60,707 nucleotides of DNA, from the NCBI GenBank assembly GCA_027064005.1, contig JAMOQM010000027.1, positions 1 to 60,707 of the forward strand, read 5' to 3'. This document shows, piece after piece, positions 17,130 to 27,265 of this stretch (positions are counted from its first letter, which is position 1; each line of letters starts with the position of its first letter). The stretch is from Candidatus Cloacimonadota bacterium (lineage in GTDB: Bacteria; Cloacimonadota; Cloacimonadia; Cloacimonadales; JAMOQM01). The notes under the pieces are model-generated. The model was not told the DNA's origin and did not search any database. It worked only from the letters and a program-made list of their open reading frames with translations. The translations under genes were made by a program, and so were the position numbers.

Positions 17130-18602
17130 ATGAAAAAATATATTTTTAACGCGTTGTTTTTACTCTTATTGACTAACGTATTTTCACTTTATGCGGAATC
17201 AGTAAATGTTAGCGGGTTAAATGAAACGCAATTTATCGATAGAGATTTGGGAGACAAATATAAATCGTATTTTTATGATAAATTATCTCTTCAATTGCAA
17301 TATTCAAAATTATCAGCCGGATTAAAATACGATTATTTCCATCCTAAATTTGATAGATTTTTAGATGTTGATCAAGCCGGAAATGAAGAAAACGATAATT
17401 ATTTTGATGACTATTTTCTTCAATATGAATCTGACAATCTTTTTGTGAAAGGTGGTTATTACGAAGCTTCAATTGGTTCCGGAATGATTCTTCATAATTA
17501 TTATGATAAGGATTTTGACAATGACACGCGTCTTCAAGGCGGTTATTTTCAATTTACAAATGATAATATAACTTTTCAAACTTTCGGCGGAATTATGGAT
17601 AATGACTTTGACGAAGATAAAAATGATTTTCTCGGTGCGGTTGATTTTGAATACAACTTGTTCGGCGATTTAAGATTAGCTTCCGCTTTTGTTTTGGATA
17701 AGATCAATCAAGAAAAAGATGTTACAGATAATAAAACAGATAAATATTTTTTTAGAAAAATTTACTCCGGACGAGTTTCATGGAGTTCTGAAAAATTTGA
17801 ATTCAAATCTGAATACGCTAAATCTCAAATAAGTGATCAAATAAATTCTAAATTTAAAGACGGTCATGCTTTATACGCAACCGGAACTTTTTATATTGGG
17901 AAATTTACGTTTTTAACTTCTTATAAAAATTATTGGAATTTTAATTATAAGCTTTCCGATTTACCTACTGTTAACCATTCCGGTGAACCGATTAATGATA
18001 GTTGGGAAAGTGGTAAAGACGAACAAGGTTTGATGGGAGAACTGCACTTTGTCCCTGATGATTCACATTCGTTTTTGGTAAATTATGCCGAAGGTTGGTC
18101 AAAAAATTATAAAATCAGACAAGAAGATTTATATGCCGAATATTCGCATGATTTTGAATCTTCAACTTTGAAATTAATTTATGCCGATCTGGAAGAATTG
18201 AGTGATGTCTCGACAAATTGGATAAAAGAAACTACTCCGGAAATTGATTATGATTTTCAAATCGGAAATTTTCCGATCTTAATTGAATCATTTTATGAGA
18301 TTGTTAAACACGATAATCTTAGCGGAGAAGTTACTCATTATGAGCCGAAAATTCAAACTGATATCGGATATAATAATTATTCCTTTTCTCTTACAGTGGA
18401 AAACCAATATGGTGATAAAACCGATAAAGATGATGGGAAATATTGGATTGGTGGAGAATTTACTGTTTCTATCGATGCTATTCATTCCGATGTCCGATTA
18501 TTTGCCGGAAAAGAAAAAGGCGGAAAAGTTTGCAGAAATGGTGTTTGCCGATACCAATCAGAATTTCAAGGTGTTAAGTTAGAAATAAATACAACATTCT
18601 AA
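17130..18602 (+). CDS. Predicted outer-membrane beta-barrel protein
   Basis: Signal peptide MKKYIFNALFLLLLTNVFSLYA. Alternating amphipathic strands rich in Y/F/G/D. C-terminal ...KLEINTTF with a terminal aromatic residue. The listed 17097 start overlaps the upstream gene. Confidence 0.6.
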   Translation: MKKYIFNALFLLLLTNVFSLYAESVNVSGLNETQFIDRDLGDKYKSYFYDKLSLQLQYSKLSAGLKYDYFHPKFDRFLDVDQAGNEENDNYFDDYFLQYESDNLFVKGGYYEASIGSGMILHNYYDKDFDNDTRLQGGYFQFTNDNITFQTFGGIMDNDFDEDKNDFLGAVDFEYNLFGDLRLASAFVLDKINQEKDVTDNKTDKYFFRKIYSGRVSWSSEKFEFKSEYAKSQISDQINSKFKDGHALYATGTFYIGKFTFLTSYKNYWNFNYKLSDLPTVNHSGEPINDSWESGKDEQGLMGELHFVPDDSHSFLVNYAEGWSKNYKIRQEDLYAEYSHDFESSTLKLIYADLEELSDVSTNWIKETTPEIDYDFQIGNFPILIESFYEIVKHDNLSGEVTHYEPKIQTDIGYNNYSFSLTVENQYGDKTDKDDGKYWIGGEFTVSIDAIHSDVRLFAGKEKGGKVCRNGVCRYQSEFQGVKLEINTTF

Positions 18603-18617
18603 AAAAAGGAGAGAGTT

Positions 18618-19361
18618 ATGAAAAAATATCTATTAATTACGGTCTTAATCGTTTTTGCAACTGTTTTATTTGCAGATTTGCAAGTTGATTTACCGTTTGG
18701 TCACAACCAAACCGGACAGGCTTGGGATGGTACAGATTATAATTATCAAGGTGAAGCTTTTCATGTAACCAATTTAGGTGCAACAGATACATTCACAGTT
18801 CAAATTGTAAGTACAAATATTCCTGAAAATTGGAATCTTGTTTGGTGTCATGCAATGGGAGACAATCAAGGATGTCATTCTTCTCACATGCCGGCATGGA
18901 GTTTTGAATTCCCTCAAAATGCAACAATTGATTTTGATATTCAAGTATTAGGTATTGATCAAGCTGCCGGATTTGATTATTATTTCGAGATTAATGCTCC
19001 ATCTTTAACTGAACCTGAAATCATTAATTTTCATTTTCAAACAGCTGATGCAACCCCAAATGCTGATGATGTAAATATTAATCAAAGTATTAGTCTTAAA
19101 AACTATCCAAATCCGTTTAATCCTGAAACAACTATCAGTTATACAATTTCTAAAGATTTGAATCTTATCCCAAGTCTAAGTATTTATAATCTTCTTGGTC
19201 AGAAAATTAAAACTTTTAGTAATTTAAAAGTAAATAATGGTAAAGGAAATGTAGTTTGGAATGGCGTTGACTCAAATAATAAAAAAGTTAGCAGTGGAAT
19301 ATATTTCTACAAAATGAATGTGAAAAATTCACCAATCAAAAAAATGATCTTAATGAAATAG
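18618..19361 (+). CDS. Small secreted protein with a T9SS C-terminal sorting domain
   Basis: GGAG RBS and a signal peptide. C-terminal KNYPNPFNPETTISY...GIYFYKM...KKMILMK. The N-terminal domain is unrecognised and contains WCHAMGDNQGCH. Confidence 0.75.
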   Translation: MKKYLLITVLIVFATVLFADLQVDLPFGHNQTGQAWDGTDYNYQGEAFHVTNLGATDTFTVQIVSTNIPENWNLVWCHAMGDNQGCHSSHMPAWSFEFPQNATIDFDIQVLGIDQAAGFDYYFEINAPSLTEPEIINFHFQTADATPNADDVNINQSISLKNYPNPFNPETTISYTISKDLNLIPSLSIYNLLGQKIKTFSNLKVNNGKGNVVWNGVDSNNKKVSSGIYFYKMNVKNSPIKKMILMK

Positions 19362-19369
19362 GAGGAAAA

Positions 19370-21604
19370 ATGAGAAAGATTTTTATTTTTGTAAGTATGC
19401 TTATTATGCTTACGGCAATGTTAAGTGCAACACAAATTAAAGTAGTTGCGGAACTTTTTACGCAATCTTGGTGAAGTTACTGTCCACAAGCTCGGGCTGG
19501 GCTTTTACAAATGGCAAATACTTATCCTGATGATTTTATTCCAATGTTCTGGGAAGGCGATACGGATAACGCAAGTCCCGGATATTCTCCTCGTGGTGGA
19601 ATGTACGGAGTAAGCGGTATTCCTCATGTACAATTCCAAGGATCAACACCGGATATAGGTGGTGGAAATACTTTCCCACGTTATCAAAGCAAATATAATC
19701 AAATTATCGGAACGGATGCTCCTATTGCTATCACAAATATGGCAATGAACTTGAATGCTCAAGGTCAACTTGTTGTCAGCGGTGATGTTGAAGTTACCGG
19801 TGCTTTATCCGGTACAAACAATAAAGTTGTTTTTTTATTAACTCGTCATATAACAACCGAATATTTCTGTACGGTTGCAGCTTATCAATATGATGATTTT
19901 AATTTAGTTAATGTTGGTGATACAGGAACTTTTTCACACGCTTTGGATATCAATTCCGATTGGAGTTTAAGTTCTTTAAAAGCGGTTATGTTGGTTCAAA
20001 GCTATGGTGGAAATCATAAAATTTATCAAGCCGAAAAAACAGGTTTTAGCGGAACGGTTGCTTTATTTTCATCAAATATTTCAAGTGGTCCTGCTAATTT
20101 AGATGTACAATTTAACAGTATGGCTTTACCGGAAGGAAATATTGCTTCTTATGAATGGGATTTGGATGGTGATGGTAATTGGGATAGCACGGAAGAAAAT
20201 CCTTCTTTCACTTATACTGAAGCCGGTGATTATGATATAACGCTTCATATCGTATCTAATTCAGGCGAAGAAGATACAAGAAATGTTCCCGGTTACATTC
20301 ACGTTGCAGAATCTTCAAACGTTTCCGGAAATGTAAACGGTACTTGGGTTAATACAAACAATCCATACGTAATTACAGGTGATTTAACAGTTGCTCCCGG
20401 ATTCCATTTAAATATCGAACCCGGTGTTGAAATCTTAGTTGCTGATGGAGCGAAATTGGAGATTAACGGATTAATTAACGCCGGTACTTTAGGTGAAGAT
20501 CCGGTTGTTTTTCATAGTGAAACAGGTTGGGAAGGTTTGAGAATTAAAGATAGTTCTGAAAATAATCACCTTTATAATTGTGTTATTAAAAATGCCACAA
20601 TATCAGCTTTACAAATTGAAAATTCGGTAGTTGATGTATCGGGCTGTGAGATTGCGGAAAACAATACAACTTCCAAAGCTGCTGTAGAATTTACAACTGC
20701 CAATATGGTTACTTTTTCAAAAAACTGGGTGCATAACAATACTTCCCTAAATAATTTTGCAGGCATTGTTTGTACAAATAGTACTCCAATCATTATCAAT
20801 AACGTAATTGTAAATAATACCGGTAATCTTGGAATTCTCGCTTTTAAAAATGAAAGTGATGTTACATTTAACAACAATACAATTGCGAAAAACTGGGTTA
20901 CAAGTGCAACTTCCGGTGCGAATGTATTTATCTTCAATTCAGATGTTACTTCTCTCAACAATATTTTGTATAATAGTGGAGTTGAGGTTAATTTGATTAG
21001 TGGCTCATTTACCGCTAATTATTGTGATATTGCAGGTGGTGCTGATGGGGAAGGAAATATAGATGCAAATCCAATGTTTAGCAATCCAACTGCTACTCCG
21101 GGTGCAACAACCGATGCAACTAATGCGGAATGGTTTTTACTTGAAGGATCGCCTTGTATAGATACTGCAAGTCCTTCCAATATTTACAATGATCCTGAAG
21201 ATCCAACTAATGCCGGTTATGCATTATTCCCTGCTATGGGTACAACAGCCGGTGATATGGGTGCTTTTGGTGGAGCTGCTCCGGCAGGATGGGTTGGTAA
21301 TGATGATCCTTCGACAAATGCTCCTGTAAATAATTTCACTGTAAAAAATTACCCAAATCCTTTCAATCCTCAAACAACAATTTCTTTTACTTTGAAAAAT
21401 AATAGCGACGTTAGCGTTGATATCTATAATATCAAAGGGCAAATTGTAAGAAATTTAGCTAAGAAATCAATGAAAGCCGGAGAACATAATATTGTTTGGA
21501 ATGGTAAAGATGATAATAATAAGATTCAAGCCAGCGGAATTTATTTTGTTAGAATAAATTCAGGCAACGAATCAAGTATTCATAAAATGGCTATGCTTAA
21601 ATAG
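19370..21604 (+). CDS. Candidate selenoprotein: signal peptide, thioredoxin-like UxxC domain, PKD domain, right-handed beta-helix repeats and a T9SS sorting domain (744 codons, with TGA 19472-19474 read as Sec)
   Basis: GGAGG at 19361-19365 and ATG 19370 are in the same frame as the listed 19511 ORF. The only interruption is a single TGA. The motif W-U-SYC aligns to W-C-PNC of the paralogue at 15559. PKD: YEWDLDGDGNWDSTEENPSFTYTEAGDYDITL. CTD: KNYPNPFNPQTTISF...GIYFVRI. Confidence 0.65.
19488..19504 (+). promoter_or_regulatory. Candidate bacterial SECIS hairpin
   Basis: AAGCUC-GGGCU-GGGCUU: a 6-bp stem including one G-U pair, with a G-rich 5-nt loop. It starts 13 nt after the in-frame UGA. 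Confidence 0.4.
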
Positions 21605-21620
21605 TCTGGAAATTAAAAGG

Positions 21621-21648
21621 AAAATCCCTCAATTGAGGGATTTTTTTT
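21621..21648 (+). terminator. Rho-independent terminator
   Basis: AAAATCCCTC-AATT-GAGGGATTTT followed by a T-run. Confidence 0.75.
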
Positions 21649-21881
21649 GCTAAAATATTCATAAATAGTAAAAAAAATAATTGTAATTTTTTGAAATGGC
21701 TTTGGAATAACAACAGAAAAATCAAGGAAAATTTATTTTTGAAAAACCAAATTGGTTTTTTTATTTTGCTAACTTCAAACTTTTCAAAGCTGTTCCATCA
21801 AATTTTGAGATTAATTTAATAAAGTATTTGACGCAACAAAGGGAATTTTTAGTTTATACAAAAAAAATAGGAAGTTAAAAA

Positions 21882-23183
21882 GTGAAAAGAATATTTATCT
21901 TAATTATTATATCTTTAGTTATCATTTCAGGCTGTTCAAAAAAGAAAACAAACGTAAATAATGATAAAATAACAATTGTTTTTTGGCACGCTCTCGGCGG
22001 ACCTTTGGGTGATGCGTTAAATGTTATGATAAAAGAATTTAACGATTCTCATTCCAAAATTTACATTAAAGCAATCTCAATGGGAAATTATACCGCTCTT
22101 TCCCAAAAAATAATGGCTTCTATTCAAGCAGGAACTCAGCCGGATATCGCTCAGGTTTTTGAATCTTGGACAGCTAAGATGGTAGATGCAAATATCTTAA
22201 AATCCATTGATGATTTGATGGATGCCGACTCAACATTTTCCAAAAAAGATCTTGATGATTTTTATCCCATATTTATTAAAAGTAATATGATAAACGGGAA
22301 AATGTATTCATTTCCATTTAATAAAAGTGTGAGAGTTTTGTATTATAATAAAGATATGTTTTTTAAAAATAATTTGGACCCGAATCTGCCTCCTAAGACT
22401 TGGAACAATTTTATTGAAGATTGCAAAGTTATTACAAAAAGAAAAGCAGGTCAAGACGCACCAACTATTTATGGTACGACTTTCAACGTTGACAGCTGGC
22501 AATTTGAGAATTTACTTTTGCAAGCCGGCGGTCAGATAATGAATTCTGATTATACAAAACCTCTTTTTAATTCAAAGTATGGAGTTGAAGCTTTGAATTA
22601 TTTAAGCGATTTATTGAATAAATATCAAGTTGCGTATCTTTCAACAGGTTATAATGGCCAGAATGATTTTCTTGCTGAAAAAGTAGCAATGATGGAAGGT
22701 TCAAGCGTTTCAATGGTTTTTATGAAACGAAACGGGATAAATTTTAATCTTGGGATCAGTGCAATTCCTGTGAATAAAACAAAAAAGAATATTATTAGCG
22801 GAACTAATATCGCAATTTTTAATAAGAAGGATACGAAAAATGAAAGGGCTGCTTGGACATTTATCAAATGGTTTACAGATAGTAAACAAACTGCCGAGTG
22901 GTCAACTTTAACATATTATATGCCGGTTAGAAAAAGTGCTTTCAAAGAAGAATCTTTAAAGAAAATATTGGAATATAATCCGGAAATCGCTTCCGTTTAT
23001 GACCAATTGAATTACTCTACTTTTGAACCACCAATTAAACAATGGTATAAAACACGAAAAAATTTAAAAGAAAAAGTTATAGAAAAAGTTCTCAGAGGTT
23101 CAATAGAACCGAAAAAAGCTCTAGATCAGGTTGCTGCTAATCTGGAGAAAGAAATAAAAGAAGGAGCTCGTCATGAAAATTAA
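21882..23183 (+). CDS. ABC-transporter extracellular solute-binding lipoprotein (family 1, sugar-type). It is an orphan: no permease or ATPase gene is adjacent.
   Basis: Lipobox IISGCS. Overall family-1 SBP pattern (ITIVFWHALGG, QPDIAQVFESW, YSFPFNKS). GTG start. Confidence 0.75.
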   Translation: MKRIFILIIISLVIISGCSKKKTNVNNDKITIVFWHALGGPLGDALNVMIKEFNDSHSKIYIKAISMGNYTALSQKIMASIQAGTQPDIAQVFESWTAKMVDANILKSIDDLMDADSTFSKKDLDDFYPIFIKSNMINGKMYSFPFNKSVRVLYYNKDMFFKNNLDPNLPPKTWNNFIEDCKVITKRKAGQDAPTIYGTTFNVDSWQFENLLLQAGGQIMNSDYTKPLFNSKYGVEALNYLSDLLNKYQVAYLSTGYNGQNDFLAEKVAMMEGSSVSMVFMKRNGINFNLGISAIPVNKTKKNIISGTNIAIFNKKDTKNERAAWTFIKWFTDSKQTAEWSTLTYYMPVRKSAFKEESLKKILEYNPEIASVYDQLNYSTFEPPIKQWYKTRKNLKEKVIEKVLRGSIEPKKALDQVAANLEKEIKEGARHEN

Positions 23184-25089
23184 TATTACGTTTCCGGATG
23201 CCTCGGTTAAAAAGTATAAGTCCGGAATATCCCCTTTGGATATTGCTGAAAAAATAAGTCATCAATTAGCATTAAGAACAATTTGTGCAGAAGTTAATGG
23301 AAAATTAGTTGATGTAACAACCCCAATTACAGAAGATTCTAAATTAATCTTACATACATTTGATACGGAAAAAGGTAAACAAACCTATTGGCACAGCACA
23401 GCTCATGTGATGGCTCAAGCTGTTCAAGAATTGTGGCCGGAAGTTAAAGTTACAATCGGACCTTCAATAGAAAATGGCTTTTATTATGATTTTGATCGCG
23501 AAAAATCATTCTCAGACGAAGACCTAAAATCTATTGAGGATAAAATAAAAGAAATCTCAAAAAGAAATCTCGAATTTGTTAGAAAAGAAGTAACTCGTGC
23601 GGAAGCGTTAAAGATATTTGAAGATAAGAATGAAAATTATAAAGTTGAAATTCTTAATGAAATTCCTGAAGATGATATTATCACAATCTATCAACAAGGT
23701 GATTTTGTAGATCTTTGTCGCGGACCGCATATTCTTCATACAGGAAAGATTAAAGCTGTCAAACTTTTGAAAACATCCGGAGCTTATTGGCGTGGTGATG
23801 AAAAAAATAAAATGCTGAAAAGAATTTACGGAATTAGTTTCCCCTCAAAAAAAGAATTGAAAAAATATATTGCTGATTTGGAAGAAAAAAAATTAAGAGA
23901 TCACCGAAAAATCGGAAAAGATTTAGACCTGTTTTCCATCTCGGATGAAATCGGTGCCGGACTTGTTTTATGGCATCCAAACGGTGCATCTATTCGATCT
24001 ACAATTGAACAATATTGGAAAGATAAACATTGGGAAGCCGGATACAAATTGGTTTATACGCCTCATATCGGAAAAGCTGAACTCTGGAAAACATCCGGTC
24101 ATTTGGATTTTTATAGTGACTCAATGTATGCCCCAATAAAAGTAGATGGACAAGATTATTATCTTAAACCGATGAATTGCCCTTTTCATATCGCTATTTA
24201 CAAATCTTCAAAAAGAAGTTATCGGGAATTGCCAATTAAATATGCTGAAATGGGTACTGTTTATCGTTATGAAAGATCCGGAACTTTACACGGTTTGATG
24301 CGAGTTCGCGGATTTACTCAAGATGATGCTCACATTATTTGTACTGCAGACCAGTTGGAAGAAGAAGTTGAGAAGATTATCGATTTTTCTTTAAGTATGT
24401 TGAAAAAATTTGGCTTTGAAGAATTTAAAATCTATCTTTCAACAAAACCAAACAAATCTGTTGGTGATCCTGAACAATGGGATAAAGCAACAAGCTCGCT
24501 TGAAAAAGCTTTGGAAAAACATAATATTGACTTTGAAATTGATAACGGTGGCGGTGCTTTTTACGGTCCGAAAATAGATATTAAAATTAAAGATGCTTTG
24601 AATAGATTGTGGCAATGCAGTACTATTCAATTTGATTTCAACCTTCCGAAACGATTCGATATGGATTATATTGGAAAAGATAATGTTGCTCATCGTCCTT
24701 ATATGATTCACCGAGCTTTACTTGGGTCATTAGAAAGATTTTTCGGTACTTTGATAGAATTCCATGCCGGAAATTTCCCAATCTGGTTAGCACCTGTTCA
24801 AGTAAAAATTATTCCGATTTCAGATACTTATATTCATTATGCTAAACGAATAGAATCAAAATTGCGTAAGAAAAAAATTCGAGCAGAAGTAGATGTTCGC
24901 AGTGAAAAAGTTGGCTACAAAATCCGCGAAGCTGAATTGCAAAAAGTTCCATATATGTTTATTGTCGGAAAAGATGAAGAGGAATCGAATCAAGTATCGG
25001 TTAGAAAACATATCGAGGGAGATTTAGGTAAAATGGACTTTATCGATGCTCGCGAAAAATTATTAGCTGAAATTCTTGATGATGAATAA
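23173..25089 (+). CDS. thrS: Threonyl-tRNA synthetase
   Basis: TGS domain at the N-terminus, the editing-domain motif HSTAHVMAQA, class II core (LKPMNCPFH, YRYERSG.LHGLMRVRGFTQDDAHIIC), and an anticodon-binding C-terminus. Confidence 0.95.
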   Translation: MKINITFPDASVKKYKSGISPLDIAEKISHQLALRTICAEVNGKLVDVTTPITEDSKLILHTFDTEKGKQTYWHSTAHVMAQAVQELWPEVKVTIGPSIENGFYYDFDREKSFSDEDLKSIEDKIKEISKRNLEFVRKEVTRAEALKIFEDKNENYKVEILNEIPEDDIITIYQQGDFVDLCRGPHILHTGKIKAVKLLKTSGAYWRGDEKNKMLKRIYGISFPSKKELKKYIADLEEKKLRDHRKIGKDLDLFSISDEIGAGLVLWHPNGASIRSTIEQYWKDKHWEAGYKLVYTPHIGKAELWKTSGHLDFYSDSMYAPIKVDGQDYYLKPMNCPFHIAIYKSSKRSYRELPIKYAEMGTVYRYERSGTLHGLMRVRGFTQDDAHIICTADQLEEEVEKIIDFSLSMLKKFGFEEFKIYLSTKPNKSVGDPEQWDKATSSLEKALEKHNIDFEIDNGGGAFYGPKIDIKIKDALNRLWQCSTIQFDFNLPKRFDMDYIGKDNVAHRPYMIHRALLGSLERFFGTLIEFHAGNFPIWLAPVQVKIIPISDTYIHYAKRIESKLRKKKIRAEVDVRSEKVGYKIREAELQKVPYMFIVGKDEEESNQVSVRKHIEGDLGKMDFIDAREKLLAEILDDE

Positions 25090-25098
25090 GGAGATTTT

Positions 25099-26061
25099 TT
25101 GGAAACTATAGAATCCATAAAAAAGGAAATGCTTTTTGAAGCTGATGCCATAAAATTGGCTGCTGAGAAAATTGATGAAAATGTAAAATTAGCCGTCGAT
25201 ATTTTGCTAAATTGCAAAGGAAAAATTGTTGTTAGCGGAATGGGGAAGACCGGATTAATCGGAAGAAAAATTTCTGCCACTTTGGCAAGTACCGGTACAA
25301 CCTCAATATTTCTTCATGCAGCAGAAGGATTGCACGGAGATTTGGGGATAATTTCTCCTGAAGATGTATTTTTGGCGATTTCTTATACCGGAAATACTTC
25401 AGAATTGGTCTCTTTGATTCCTTATGTTAAATTTAACAAAATTCCCATAATCGCAATAACCGGTAATAAAAATTCGGAATTGGCGAAAAATGCAGATGTT
25501 GTTTTGGATTGTTTTGTGCCAAAAGAATATGAGCCGTTTGGATTGGTACCGACTTCAAGCACTACGGTTGCTTTGGCAATTGGAGATGCTTTGGCGATTA
25601 CTCTTATCCGTAAAAAAAATTTCCAAATTAACGATTTTGCTAAGTTTCACCCGGGTGGAACAATTGGTAAAAAATTGCTTCTGAAAGTTAAAGATTTGAT
25701 GCATATTAATGATGAAAATCCGGTTGTTACATCAGACGTTCTTTTTAGTGAAGCCTTGCTTGTTATGACTTCCAAAGGTCTTGGATGCACATCTATTGCA
25801 GAAAATAATAAACTTATTGGAATAATTACAGACGGTGATTTGAGAAGGATTTTGTCCAATTTTCAAAATGCTCAAACTTTGAATGTCAAAAAAATAATGA
25901 CGGCAAATCCGCTTTTCGGTTCACCGGAAATGCTGGCGGTTGATGCTCTTACTTTGATGGAAGATCATAAAATTACCATGCTTCCGATTGTGAATGAAAA
26001 TAAATCTCCGATTGGAATGTTGCACATGCATGATTTGATTAAAGCCGGAGTTGTTGGCTAA
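25099..26061 (+). CDS. kdsD: Arabinose-5-phosphate isomerase (SIS domain plus tandem CBS domains)
   Basis: GKIVVSGMGKTGLIGRKISATLASTGTTSIFLHAAEGLHGDLG and FHPGG.IGKKLL, then two CBS repeats. TTG start after AGGAG. Confidence 0.85.
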   Translation: METIESIKKEMLFEADAIKLAAEKIDENVKLAVDILLNCKGKIVVSGMGKTGLIGRKISATLASTGTTSIFLHAAEGLHGDLGIISPEDVFLAISYTGNTSELVSLIPYVKFNKIPIIAITGNKNSELAKNADVVLDCFVPKEYEPFGLVPTSSTTVALAIGDALAITLIRKKNFQINDFAKFHPGGTIGKKLLLKVKDLMHINDENPVVTSDVLFSEALLVMTSKGLGCTSIAENNKLIGIITDGDLRRILSNFQNAQTLNVKKIMTANPLFGSPEMLAVDALTLMEDHKITMLPIVNENKSPIGMLHMHDLIKAGVVG

Positions 26062-26080
26062 AAAAAGTTGGTATAAATTA

Positions 26081-26109
26081 AAAGAACCGGTTTTGCCGGT
26101 TCTTTTTTT
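26081..26109. terminator. Hairpin terminator between convergent genes (A-run / stem / T-run, potentially bidirectional)
   Basis: AAAGAACCGG-TTTTG-CCGGTTCTTTTTTT. Confidence 0.7.
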
Positions 26110-26191
26110 GTACCATAACTTTGCAAGTTATGAAGTTTTAAAACACAAAATGCGATAGACTAAAGTTTATTTTTAAAACATCAAAATCCTT

Positions 26192-27163
26192 CTACTTATT
26201 GTTTTCGAATTTCCATTCCAATGGTTTGGAGGTTTTAAAAACGTGAGATTTTAAATGATTAATAGCTGTTGAAATATCATAATTATCATCAATAATAACT
26301 TTATTATATTTCTGATATTTTTCTTTATTTTTAATCCAAACATTTTTTTGGATAAAGATTACTTTTCCGGATATTTTTCCTTCATTTTGGAAAACCAAAT
26401 CGACTTTGCCGTTGTAGTTATTTTTTAAGGAATCTCGTAATGCCATAAAATATTTCACATCACTTTTGTCGCAAACAATAGTTAAACCTTGTTTTGGGGC
26501 AAAAACATCCAAATATTGAGCGTTAACTTCGGTTTTGGTTTGGCGATGAGAAATGTAGCGATAACCGGTTTGAATACCTACAAATAAGAAATAAATCCCA
26601 ATCATAACCGACAACCATTTTGCCACACCTTGCATTCTTTTAATTTTGGAAATTCCACCCACAAAAATTAGGGGAATTAAATAAATTGTGGTTCCGCCAA
26701 AAAATCCGATAAACAATAAAGCTCCTCCGGAAGCTCCTCCGATACTGATTGCTTCGGAAATTGCCAGTAAGAAGGAAGGGCAGAAATTTATGCCTGTAAT
26801 AAATCCTAATAAAAAGGCATTTTGAGTGAATTTTGAGAATTTAGGGATTACGCACATTTTTGATTTTTGATGAGTTCGATAAGCTGTAACCAAGAGATAA
26901 GTTGAAATCATAATGTAGGCAATTGCAGTGAAAATGTCTCTGTTAATGCTTGAGATGGTTGAACCTGCCAAACCGGCGATGGCACCAAAAGCAGTGTAAG
27001 CGATGAATCTTCCGGCTGAAATTTCCATCACTTTTAAAAAACTATTCCAAATCGATCTTTTTTCCGACAACAAAAAAGGAATGTAGATTGGAGAACAAGT
27101 TGTTAAACAAGTTAATCCGGTGGCGATTCCTAATCCGAAACCTTCTGATAATATTTTAAACAT
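26192..27163 (-). CDS. Polytopic membrane protein of the DsbD_2/TauE-like type with an N-terminal CxxxC and a ~115-aa soluble C-terminal domain
   Basis: GLGIATGLTCLTTCSPIYIPFLL, then multiple glycine-rich TM segments. The C-terminal hydrophilic domain has no recognised motif. Confidence 0.5.
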   Translation of the reverse strand: MFKILSEGFGLGIATGLTCLTTCSPIYIPFLLSEKRSIWNSFLKVMEISAGRFIAYTAFGAIAGLAGSTISSINRDIFTAIAYIMISTYLLVTAYRTHQKSKMCVIPKFSKFTQNAFLLGFITGINFCPSFLLAISEAISIGGASGGALLFIGFFGGTTIYLIPLIFVGGISKIKRMQGVAKWLSVMIGIYFLFVGIQTGYRYISHRQTKTEVNAQYLDVFAPKQGLTIVCDKSDVKYFMALRDSLKNNYNGKVDLVFQNEGKISGKVIFIQKNVWIKNKEKYQKYNKVIIDDNYDISTAINHLKSHVFKTSKPLEWKFENNK

Positions 27164-27265
27164 TTTTCCTCGATATTTTATTTATTTGGCTGATTATAAG
27201 CCATGACAAATTTATGAATTAGTCCAAACGGACAAGAACATTCTCCACAACCAACGCATTTGAAT

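Noticed and set aside
19511-21604. The track's start (Met 19511) for the PKD/beta-helix/T9SS protein
   Set aside because: There is no RBS before 19511, and the product would lack a signal peptide despite having a secretion CTD. The same frame is open upstream to an RBS-preceded ATG at 19370 apart from a single TGA, so the longer Sec-containing model is preferred.
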